Below, piece by piece: positions 17,822 through 25,898 of a stretch of 64,000 bases of DNA. A program made the position numbers and the translations under genes. The notes beneath the pieces were generated by a model, which worked only from the letters and a program-made list of their open reading frames with translations, was not told the origin of the DNA and did no database searches. The DNA comes from Candidatus Kaiserbacteria bacterium RIFCSPHIGHO2_01_FULL_53_29. Lineage in GTDB: Bacteria > Patescibacteriota > Minisyncoccia > Phycocordibacterales > UBA2100. The stretch is from the NCBI GenBank assembly GCA_001781125.1, contig MFKT01000021.1, forward strand, positions 5,178 to 69,177. The letters are read 5' to 3'. The stretch's first letter is position 1; each line of letters starts with the position of its first letter.

Positions 17822-19324
17822 ATGCAGCGCGGTTTCTCAACGCTCGAATTGTTGATAGCGATGGCGCTCATGGTTGTGACGCTCTCGGCCGTTATCGAGG
17901 TTTCGTTCGGCAATCAAGATATGCTCGTAAGTGGTGAAATGAATGCCGAGGCGCTGCGTATGGCCCAGACATTGCTGGAAGAGGAACAGCAACTCGCACG
18001 CAAAGATTTTAAGCTCGTGAACCCGATTGCGGTGACTACGAACGGCCCCTACGACACGTCAGTTACAGTCGAGCCATGGCCGGGAGATCCGTACACAACA
18101 AAGCGCGTGACCGCACATGTGAATTGGAGCGACGCACGTCATGTCACCAGAGGCGTCGCGCTCACCACACTCGTTAGCAATTTTGTGAGTGCCTCCGGCG
18201 CAGACACGTGCATCTCGGCGCTTACCGGAGACTGGAGCGCGCCGCAAAAGACCGACTACCAACTTGCTTCCGGTAGTCTTCTTCCCTCCGGTTTCCTTGG
18301 AAACTACCCGTTATCCGACATCGATGCGTCTCGGGGCACATTATATGTGGCGGTCGCAAGCACGAGTGCCGCCGCCCGTGCCAACTTTTTCGTGTTCGAT
18401 GTGAATCCAAGCGGAATGCCGGTCTATGTGAACAGCACAGACAATAACCCATCGAGTATCGACGGCATCAATGCGGTTCAGATCGCAGGTATCCAAGCCT
18501 TTGTCGCGAACGCTCACGATGCAAACTTCAAGACGTGTAAACCGGGAGCAAACTGTTCGCAACTCCAGATATTCAATCTCAATACGTTGTCGACACCCCC
18601 CGTGAATTTCTTGATACCCACCTCAACGCCACCGTTCGTACTCGGAAATATGACGAGCAACAATCAGGCAGTGGGCAAGAGCCTCTTTTACAAAGATGGC
18701 TACGTGTATCTTGGGCTCACGAAAACCGCAAGCGGTCCGGAATTCAATATCATCGATGTGCACGATCCTGCAACTCCGGCGTGGGTCGGGAGTTTCTCAG
18801 TCGGCGCGAGTATCAATGCGATCTACGTGAGAAATAATTACGCGTATCTTGCGACAGACGACAGCAGCAGGGAATTGATAATTCTCGATGTCGGAAATCC
18901 CGCGAGTCCGATTTTGGCACTCGGCACGGTTATTAATCCCGGGGGGTTAGGATTTGGCAGGAGTTTGTATGGAGTGGGCGACACGTTGTATCTCGGACGG
19001 ACATTCGCAAACGGGGCTAAGGAATTGTACCTTTTGGATGTTGCAGACCCGAGCACGAATATGTCGGCGCCGCTTGGATCGCTTGTGATCGGAAGCAGTG
19101 TCAACGCACTGGTCGTACGCGACTATCTTGCGTTTCTTGTGACCTCGACCACCAAACGGATCCACATACTCAATATTTCAAATCCGGCAAGCATCACCCC
19201 ATTTGCTCCGGCGCTATCGCTTCCGGGCACAGGTGCCACGCTTGATTGCGAGCAGAATGTTCTCTATGCGGGCTCAAACGGCACGGGCACGGGCTTTCTA
19301 TCAGTCATCACGTCTGGGCCATGA
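17822..19324 (+). CDS. prepilin N-terminal domain fused to an LVIVD-repeat beta-propeller (candidate pilus tip adhesin)
   Basis: MQRG|FSTLELLIAMALMVV prepilin signal. Four or more LVIVD-like repeats (YAYLATDDSSRELIILDVGNPASP; YLAFLVTSTTKRIHILNISNPAS; LYLGRTFANGAKELYLLDVADPS; YVYLGLTKTASGPEFNIIDVHDPATP). Confidence 0.6.
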   Translation: MQRGFSTLELLIAMALMVVTLSAVIEVSFGNQDMLVSGEMNAEALRMAQTLLEEEQQLARKDFKLVNPIAVTTNGPYDTSVTVEPWPGDPYTTKRVTAHVNWSDARHVTRGVALTTLVSNFVSASGADTCISALTGDWSAPQKTDYQLASGSLLPSGFLGNYPLSDIDASRGTLYVAVASTSAAARANFFVFDVNPSGMPVYVNSTDNNPSSIDGINAVQIAGIQAFVANAHDANFKTCKPGANCSQLQIFNLNTLSTPPVNFLIPTSTPPFVLGNMTSNNQAVGKSLFYKDGYVYLGLTKTASGPEFNIIDVHDPATPAWVGSFSVGASINAIYVRNNYAYLATDDSSRELIILDVGNPASPILALGTVINPGGLGFGRSLYGVGDTLYLGRTFANGAKELYLLDVADPSTNMSAPLGSLVIGSSVNALVVRDYLAFLVTSTTKRIHILNISNPASITPFAPALSLPGTGATLDCEQNVLYAGSNGTGTGFLSVITSGP

Positions 19325-19824
19325 AGCGACGAACGACAAGCTGCAAAGGATTCACCATGATAGAGACGCTCGTCTATCTTGCGCTTTACGCGATTATTAT
19401 GACCGGGTTACTTTCGGCAGTCTACAGTCTGATTGAATCGAGCGTGCATAACCAAACGGTCGCCATGGTGGAAGAGGAGGGAAATTTTCTCGCAGGAAAA
19501 ATAGAGTGGGCTCTTTCGAATGCGCGCGAGATTCTGGCGCCTTCCTCGAGTGGCTCGACGCTCTCCGTTACGACATTCGATGGCTCACCGATCACGATTG
19601 GCCTCACGGGTGGCGACATGCGGATACAAGAAGCATCGAATCCCGCACACATTCTGAACAACACAAATGTTTCAATAACCAATCTCTCGTTTACTCACGC
19701 CCGTGCTTCTTCCGACGGGATCAATCCCGAAAGTATTGAGTCTTCATTTACCATTTTTGCGACTACATCGAGCGGTCGTTTTTTATCCCGCGCGTTCTCG
19801 ACGCTTAAATATCTACGAAAATGA
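19321..19824 (+). CDS. prepilin-type pseudopilin
   Basis: MKRRTTSCKG|FTMIETLVYLALYAIIMTGLL. ATGA overlap with the upstream gene. Confidence 0.55.
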   Translation: MKRRTTSCKGFTMIETLVYLALYAIIMTGLLSAVYSLIESSVHNQTVAMVEEEGNFLAGKIEWALSNAREILAPSSSGSTLSVTTFDGSPITIGLTGGDMRIQEASNPAHILNNTNVSITNLSFTHARASSDGINPESIESSFTIFATTSSGRFLSRAFSTLKYLRK

Positions 19825-20294
19825 AACGCAACGCACGCGGAATGGAGAAGGAGAGGGGATTTGTGGCGCTTATCTCCACGCTGATTATTTCAGCCATCCT
19901 GCTCGGACTTGTGTTTACGGCTGGCGCGGCCAGTTTTTACGCGCGATTTGATTCGTTGGGCATAGAAAACAAGCGTGTGAGTTTGGGTTTGGCGGAGTCC
20001 TGCATTGAAATTGCGCTGCTCGCTCTTTCCACGTCAACCGCTCCCAGTGCATTGAGTCCAACGAACCAGATCGTTCCAGTCGGTATCGATCCACAGGGGA
20101 ACCCGACAACATGCGTCATCGAAAGCGTCACGCACGCGGGTGGAGTCGCGACGATCAAAGCGCACGCATCGTTCAGAGGCACTTTCAGCGCAGTCGTCGT
20201 AAGCGCAACTGTTGCAGATCCTACCGTTGCACCAGCGTCATTTCCCGCACCCCCGAACATTGATATCCAGTCTTGGACTGAAAAGCCGCAGTGA
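19821..20294 (+). CDS. prepilin-like protein (PilX-like)
   Basis: MEKERG|FVALISTLIISAILLGLVFTAGA. ATGA overlap with the upstream gene. Confidence 0.5.
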   Translation: MKRNARGMEKERGFVALISTLIISAILLGLVFTAGAASFYARFDSLGIENKRVSLGLAESCIEIALLALSTSTAPSALSPTNQIVPVGIDPQGNPTTCVIESVTHAGGVATIKAHASFRGTFSAVVVSATVADPTVAPASFPAPPNIDIQSWTEKPQ

Positions 20295-20389
20295 ACCAGC
20301 TGCGCAGAAGCTTCATTTGAGATGTCTGCGGTTTTATCAGCTCGTGTGGAAGGGAGGATGCCTCCTGTCATAATATTATTTTATTAACA

Positions 20390-20436
20390 CCCATATCCCT
20401 CAATCCTTGACGGCCGTCTATAATGGGGGGATATGG
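20390..20436. promoter_or_regulatory. nested palindrome overlapping the regulator start codon (candidate operator)
   Basis: CCCATATCCC-tcaatcctt-GACGGCCGTC-tataat-GGGGGGATATGGG; the ATG 20433 is embedded in the right arm. Confidence 0.4.
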
Positions 20437-21011
20437 GAAAGCTTGAGAATGAAGCCCGGTATGAGCGCCGTAAGGGGTATCTTCAACAGGCACTTCTCGC
20501 TGCCGTTGCAATTCCGGGACTGCTGCTCGTAGCCACCGCAGCGCCCAATGTTTTACAGCTTATCGAAAGACTTCCCGGCAACAAATACAAATTCAACTAT
20601 CGAATGAAGTCGGTCGCTTCCCGCCTGGCGCAACGCAAGCTCGTACGCTTCGTCGAACGAAACGGCAGAAAATATATGGAGATCACGGAAGCGGGCAGAC
20701 AAGTGCTTGAAATGGAACAACAAAAACGAACATTCGAGAAGCGTTCGCGCAGGCGGTGGGATAAACGATGGCGCATGATCATCTTTGACATACCGGAGAA
20801 ATATCGAGCGACCAGGAGTCGACTGCGAGTCATGTTGAGATCACTCGGTTTCGTGCAGCTGCAAGGAAGCGTTTGGGTATATCCCCATGATTGTGAGGAA
20901 GTGATCGCGCTCTTGAAAAGTGAACTCCGCGTGGGAGCATCCGTGCTCTACACGATAGTAGAGAAAATCGAGAACGATGCTGCTCTCAAAGATCATTTTG
21001 GTCTTCGTTGA
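20433..21011 (+). CDS. PaaX-like transcriptional regulator (N-terminal wHTH, PaaX_C-like C-terminus)
   Basis: RLAQRKLVRFVERNGRKYMEITEAGRQVL wing-helix. C-terminal WDKRWRMIIFDIPEKYRATRSRLRVMLRSLGFVQLQGSVWVYP resembles the PaaX/Cas2-fold C domain. Confidence 0.45.
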   Translation: MGKLENEARYERRKGYLQQALLAAVAIPGLLLVATAAPNVLQLIERLPGNKYKFNYRMKSVASRLAQRKLVRFVERNGRKYMEITEAGRQVLEMEQQKRTFEKRSRRRWDKRWRMIIFDIPEKYRATRSRLRVMLRSLGFVQLQGSVWVYPHDCEEVIALLKSELRVGASVLYTIVEKIENDAALKDHFGLR

Positions 21012-21013
21012 GT

Positions 21014-21058
21014 ATCCCCTTATTATGAACGGCCGTCAAAAATCGGGGGATGTTTTTT
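21014..21058. promoter_or_regulatory. second copy of the nested palindrome, followed by a T-run (operator and/or terminator)
   Basis: ATCCCC-ttattatg-AACGGCCGTC-aaaaatc-GGGGGAT-gttttttt. Same ACGGCCGT core and ATCCCC/GGGGAT outer arms as 20390-20436. About 140 bp upstream of the major pilin gene. Confidence 0.4.
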
Positions 21059-21195
21059 TATGAACCCGGAATAGTGGAAATGCCACGGCACTCTCAAGTT
21101 GTTCTTGAGATTCGAATTTCAACTAAGATGCTCCCGCGAGTTATGCACAGCCGGACGTTGCTGTTTATTCACGGAGATTTTATTATCACGCGAAT

Positions 21196-21684
21196 ATGGA
21201 ATCAATTAAAAAAGTATCGAAGACCTGCCTACCGGCAGGCAGGGGTTTTACATTAATAGAAATCTTAGTGGTCATCGGTATCATCGCCGTTTTGGCAGCA
21301 ATCGTTATTATCGCCATCAATCCGGCTCGCCAGTTCGCGCAGGCACGTAACACGCAGCGAACGAGCAATGTCAGCACGATCTTGAATGCGGTCGGTCAAA
21401 ATATTGCGGATAATAAAGGTGTCTTTACCTGCGCCAGCAACACACTTGCGCTTGGTACAACGGCAGTCCACATTGGCACGAGTGCAACTTTGGCAGATTT
21501 CTCCTGTCTCGTGCCGACATACATTCCTTCAGCCATCCCGACTGACCCCAATGGTGGAACTGCGGCCGACACAGACTACACGGTGGCGGTTGATGCCAAT
21601 GGCCGCTTTACGGTATGCGCTCCGAATTCGGTAACCGAACATGAGATATCGAATCCTGGGCCTACGATCTGTCTCACGCGCTAA
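21196..21684 (+). CDS. type IV pilin (major pilin candidate)
   Basis: ...PAGRG|FTLIEILVVIGIIAVLAAIVIIAINP. Confidence 0.65.
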   Translation: MESIKKVSKTCLPAGRGFTLIEILVVIGIIAVLAAIVIIAINPARQFAQARNTQRTSNVSTILNAVGQNIADNKGVFTCASNTLALGTTAVHIGTSATLADFSCLVPTYIPSAIPTDPNGGTAADTDYTVAVDANGRFTVCAPNSVTEHEISNPGPTICLTR

Positions 21685-21697
21685 CTTCTTAAACAAT

Positions 21698-22462
21698 TCA
21701 TTTCGTTACAGCGCACGCGGCAAGGATGCTGTCGATAACGTCGGCTGTTTGATGGGGTCCGGCTACCTGGATCGTCTGAATACCGGTGGGAATCACAACG
21801 GCGTCGTTGCCGCCTGCCTCTAGATCGTCGCCCACGAAGAGCATGTCGTGAGGCTCCACCTTGAGTCGCTCCGCAAACCAGCGCACCCCATGTGCTTTGT
21901 CGATGCCCGTGCGGGTGATGTCTATTGCCGTCCTTCCGGAGATGCGAATATCGAAGCCGGGGAGTCTCGGTTCAAGGAAACGTTTTAGCTGCTCGCGCTT
22001 CGTGCGATCTGGATCCCACGCTGCCTTTTCAGTAGGCGATGCATCAATACCGAGCGCGGCAAACGTGACCTGAACGTCGCGGGCGAGGAACAATTCGCCC
22101 CAGCGCGGCGCGCCTTCGATAATGCGGGTTTCCGCGAGCGCATCGGTGAAAACGTTTATGATCTTGTCGAATTCTTTTTTGGTGAAATCATTCTTATACA
22201 CACTGCGCCACTCTCCTTCGTGGAAGAGGTAACATTGTGCCGCCGTATCGGGGAACAAGTAGAGGCGTCCTTTGTGTACGTCCTCGGGCAGCGAGGGGAG
22301 TAGGTGCTCTTCCATCCGCGAAAAAGAAGCACCCGACATAATGGCAACGGGCATGAGGTCCAAAAGTTGGTGAAGTCTGCTTGCCACATGCGGCTGGGGT
22401 GACTGGAAACTTTCGGCGAGTGTGTTGTCGAGATCAAAAATGACAGCGTGGGGGCATTTCAC
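21698..22462 (-). CDS. HAD-IIB hydrolase, eukaryotic-type phosphomannomutase-like (paralogue 1)
   Basis: Motif I IFDLDNTL. C-terminal FVGDDLEAGGNDAVVIPTGIQT resembles PMM FFGDKTxxGGNDxEI. Start taken as the GTG at the MITE junction (MKCPHAVIFDLDNTL aligns with paralogue MNCPKTVMFDLDDTL). The track start 22519 is an in-frame ATG inside MITE A3. Confidence 0.6.
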   Translation of the reverse strand: MKCPHAVIFDLDNTLAESFQSPQPHVASRLHQLLDLMPVAIMSGASFSRMEEHLLPSLPEDVHKGRLYLFPDTAAQCYLFHEGEWRSVYKNDFTKKEFDKIINVFTDALAETRIIEGAPRWGELFLARDVQVTFAALGIDASPTEKAAWDPDRTKREQLKRFLEPRLPGFDIRISGRTAIDITRTGIDKAHGVRWFAERLKVEPHDMLFVGDDLEAGGNDAVVIPTGIQTIQVAGPHQTADVIDSILAACAVTK

Positions 22463-22573
22463 CCCGTTAGAAATAGGACGCGAACTATCAAGGTTGTCAC
22501 TTCGTTTGGTTATGCCCATAGCCTTATCTTCTCATCATATTCCGATTTCGCTCATCCGCGATTTCTAACGGGG
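22462..22573. mobile_element. MITE-like element, family A, copy 3 (112 bp)
   Basis: Terminal inverted repeats CCCCGTTAGAAATAGG ... GCGATTTCTAACGGGG. Direct duplication TTCA at 22458-22461 and 22574-22577 (TGAA in gene orientation). The upstream copy is preceded by A, giving ATGAA. Confidence 0.6.
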
Positions 22574-22585
22574 TTCATACAATGT

Positions 22586-23347
22586 TTATTTTACCGCGCA
22601 CGCCGCGCAAAGCTCATCAATAATTTCAAGCGTCTCCTGCGGACCCGCGACCTGGCGTGTCTGTATACCTGTCGGTATTACGACTGCGTCGTTGCCCCCT
22701 TCATAAAGTGCGTCGCCGACGAAAAGCATTCCAGCAGGCTCGATGTTGAGCCGCTGTGCAAACCACTGCACGCCATATGCCTTGTTGATGCCTTTGCGCG
22801 TGATATTGATCATGATAGTTCCTCCGATGGAGACCTCGAAATCCGGGATGCGGTGGAGGAGCGCGTCGCGGAGTTTCGTGCGTTTTGTCAGGTCCGGATC
22901 CCACGACGCTTTCTCCAACGCGGATGCCTGGAATCCGATGGCTCCCCACACGACGCTCGCTTCCCGGTCAAGGATCTCGGGCCGTTGCACGGCGTCCTTT
23001 TCAATGACGCCCGTTTCGTCAACGGCTTTCCCTATCTCTTCGATGATAGAAGCGCGCTCCTGTACCGTGAGCTTGAAATCATATTCCAATTTCCATGCTT
23101 TTTCCTCTCGGACGTAACACCGCGCGGCGTTATTCGGCAGAATATACAGGTAGTTTGCGCGGGGGAGGTCGGCAAACGCGGAAAGAATATCACGTTCGAT
23201 ACGGTAAAAACTGCCCCCCGATATGATGGCGATGGGAATGAGCTCGAGAAGCCTCTTGAGCCTCTCCAACACCTCCGGTTTCGGCGGTTCTAAGCTTTCA
23301 TTCAGTGTGTCGTCGAGGTCAAACATCACTGTTTTCGGACAGTTCAT
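22586..23347 (-). CDS. HAD-IIB hydrolase, eukaryotic-type phosphomannomutase-like (paralogue 2)
   Basis: MNCPKTVMFDLDDTL; IISGGSFYRIERDIL; FVGDALYEGGNDAVVIPTGIQT. Confidence 0.6.
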   Translation of the reverse strand: MNCPKTVMFDLDDTLNESLEPPKPEVLERLKRLLELIPIAIISGGSFYRIERDILSAFADLPRANYLYILPNNAARCYVREEKAWKLEYDFKLTVQERASIIEEIGKAVDETGVIEKDAVQRPEILDREASVVWGAIGFQASALEKASWDPDLTKRTKLRDALLHRIPDFEVSIGGTIMINITRKGINKAYGVQWFAQRLNIEPAGMLFVGDALYEGGNDAVVIPTGIQTRQVAGPQETLEIIDELCAACAVK

Positions 23348-23387
23348 GGGGAAAGCCTATCACGGCACATGGTAAAATTATATCGAC

Positions 23388-24590
23388 GTGAAAACCCGCA
23401 TACTCATGTTCGGATGGGAATTTCCGCCCTACAACAGCGGCGGACTTGGTGTTGCATGCCTCGGGCTCACCAAAGCGCTCTCGGAGCTTGGCGTGGAGGT
23501 GATTTTTGTGATGCCCAAAAAATTGGACATCAAAACTCCGTGGGCGCGCATCGTCTTTGCAGACGATGCGCGTATCGATGTGCGCGCTGTTAATTCGATG
23601 CTCAAGCCGTACGTCACGAGCCGGTCATATACACGGGACGGGGGCATTTACGCGGATGATCTCTTGGGTGAAGTACGTCGGTATGCTGCGCTTGGCGGCG
23701 CGATTGCGCGCGAGGAACAGTTCGATGTCATCTATGCCCACGACTGGCTCTCATTTGGCGCGGGTATCGAGGCGAAGCGTGCTACGGGAAAGCCCCTTAT
23801 CGTGCATGTGCATGCGACCGAATTCGATCGCTGCGGCGGTCCATCGGGTATCAACAGAGAAGTCTATGAGATCGAGAAAGAGGGGATGGAACAGGCTGAT
23901 GTGGTAATCGCAGTTTCCGAACTCACCAAAAACATCATCGTTCGCGAGTACGGGATTCGTCCCGAAAAAGTGCGCGTCGTCTACAATGGTATTGACGAAG
24001 GGACGGCACCATCGAGCGGCGGCTCGCTGCCCCGTTTGCGTAGCTTGAAAGCATCCGGGTATCGGCTGGTACTCTTTCTTGGCCGTGTGACGCTTCAAAA
24101 AGGTCCGGATCATTTTCTTCGCGCGGCCAAACGCGTCCTCGATCGCAATCCGCACGTCCTCTTTATCCTTTCAGGAGCGGGTGACATGGACGATCAGGTG
24201 ATGCGCCTTGCAGCTGAGCTCGGCATCGGGGGCCACGTATTTTTCACCGGATTTTTGCACGGAGCGGATCGGCACGAAGTGTATAAGGCGGCGGATCTCT
24301 TCGTCATGCCCTCCGTTTCCGAACCTTTTGGCATCACAGCGCTCGAAGCGATGAAGCTCGGCACGCCAGTACTGATCTCGAAACAATCGGGTGTTGCCGA
24401 GGTCGTGAAGCACGCGCTCAAGGTCGACTTCTGGGATGTCGATGAAATGGCCAATAAGATACTATCGGTCGTCGGGTACCCAGGGCTTCGACAGGCGTTG
24501 GCAGAAAATGCCGCGCGGGAGGCAGAATATCTCACATGGGCGCAGGCTGCGCAGAAAGTGAATGGCATTGTCCACGAACTTGTACAATAG
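23388..24590 (+). CDS. GT4/GT5-type glycosyltransferase, glycogen/alpha-glucan synthase-like
   Basis: N-terminal FGWEFPPYNSGGLGVACLGLTKAL and C-terminal GT-B fold motifs (EPFGITALEAM). Context is an alpha-glucan gene cluster. Confidence 0.65.
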   Translation: MKTRILMFGWEFPPYNSGGLGVACLGLTKALSELGVEVIFVMPKKLDIKTPWARIVFADDARIDVRAVNSMLKPYVTSRSYTRDGGIYADDLLGEVRRYAALGGAIAREEQFDVIYAHDWLSFGAGIEAKRATGKPLIVHVHATEFDRCGGPSGINREVYEIEKEGMEQADVVIAVSELTKNIIVREYGIRPEKVRVVYNGIDEGTAPSSGGSLPRLRSLKASGYRLVLFLGRVTLQKGPDHFLRAAKRVLDRNPHVLFILSGAGDMDDQVMRLAAELGIGGHVFFTGFLHGADRHEVYKAADLFVMPSVSEPFGITALEAMKLGTPVLISKQSGVAEVVKHALKVDFWDVDEMANKILSVVGYPGLRQALAENAAREAEYLTWAQAAQKVNGIVHELVQ

Positions 24591-24701
24591 AGGCCCGAAG
24601 TATCGTTTTTCTAGGTTACAATACGCTGTAATGAGAGCCGAAACCCGGTCCGATTTTAAGATTGAAATCCACTACGTACTACGAACTACGTACCACAAAC
24701 T

Positions 24702-25895
24702 ATGAAAAGCGTTTGCTTCTATTTTCAGGTGCATCAACCGTATCGCGTGAAGCGGTATCGCATTTTCGACGTGGGGAATGACGCAGAATATTTCAATGAT
24801 CGGGGAGAGAGCAATCTGAATAACCGGAAGATCATCGAGAAGGTGGCTCGAAAATCTTATATTCCGACGACACAGCTCCTGCTCGAGCTTTTGCGGCGGC
24901 ACCCCGAGATGCGCATCAGCTTTTCGTTCTCCGGCGTTGCACTCGAGCAGCTTGAGCGGCATGCGCCGGAAGTCATAGAACTTTTCAAACAGATCATAGA
25001 CACGGGACGGGCGGAAGTCTTGGGAGAGACCTATTACCACACGCTCGCGTTTTTTTATTCACCCGCGGAATTCGAGAGTCAGGTGACGAAACATCGGGAC
25101 ATCATACGGCGTTTGTTCGGAGCGCGTCCACGCGTATTCCGCAATACCGAACTCTCATATCGCAATGATCTGGGGGAGTGGGCCGATCGTGCCGGTTATA
25201 CAGGAGTGATCGCAGAAGGATGGGATCCCATTTTGGGCTGGCGTAGTCCCAATTATGTCTACAAACCGAAAGGTGCCGCCAACGCAAGATTACTTCTCAA
25301 GAATTATCGCCTGTCCGACGACGTCGCATTTCGATTCTCTTCGCGCGATTGGTCCGAGTGGCCTTTGACCTCGGAAAAATTCGCAGCTTGGATCGGGAGC
25401 GCCGAGGGCGACACTGTGAATCTTTTTATGGATTACGAGACATTTGGCGAGCATCAATGGGAGGAGACCGGTATTTTCAACTTTTTGGAAAAGTTGCCGG
25501 AGGAGTTGGCAAAAAACCCGGGTCTGGATTTCAAAACGCCATCGGAGGTGATCGCTACCTATGAGCCACGCGACGAAGTCGACATGCCGCATATCGTCAC
25601 CTGGGCCGACACCGACCGCGACTTGACCGCATGGACGGGGAATCCTATGCAAAAAGCCGCGATCGAGAATATCTACGCGCTCGAAAATGACGTACATCTC
25701 GCGAATGATGCAAAACTGCTCGAAGATTGGCGAAAACTCCAGACTTCCGACCACTTCTACTATATGTGTACCAAGTGGTTCGCCGACGGCGATGTACACG
25801 CCTACTTCTCGCCCTACGAATCACCCTACGATGCCTACATTGCCTACATGAACGCACTCTCGGATCTGCGCCTGCGCGTTGGCAAGCGGCGCTAA
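24702..25895 (+). CDS. glycoside hydrolase family 57 (alpha-amylase / alpha-glucan-acting)
   Basis: GH57 N-terminal hallmark CFYFQVHQPYR and the DYETFGEH region. Confidence 0.75.
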   Translation: MKSVCFYFQVHQPYRVKRYRIFDVGNDAEYFNDRGESNLNNRKIIEKVARKSYIPTTQLLLELLRRHPEMRISFSFSGVALEQLERHAPEVIELFKQIIDTGRAEVLGETYYHTLAFFYSPAEFESQVTKHRDIIRRLFGARPRVFRNTELSYRNDLGEWADRAGYTGVIAEGWDPILGWRSPNYVYKPKGAANARLLLKNYRLSDDVAFRFSSRDWSEWPLTSEKFAAWIGSAEGDTVNLFMDYETFGEHQWEETGIFNFLEKLPEELAKNPGLDFKTPSEVIATYEPRDEVDMPHIVTWADTDRDLTAWTGNPMQKAAIENIYALENDVHLANDAKLLEDWRKLQTSDHFYYMCTKWFADGDVHAYFSPYESPYDAYIAYMNALSDLRLRVGKRR

Positions 25896-25898
25896 TCT

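Noticed and set aside
20411-20428. TTGACG...TATAAT read as a canonical sigma70 promoter
   Set aside because: Only 6 nt separate the two hexamers; about 17 are needed. The hexamer resemblance arises from the GACGGCCGTC palindrome. The TATAAT may still act as a -10 with a different -35.
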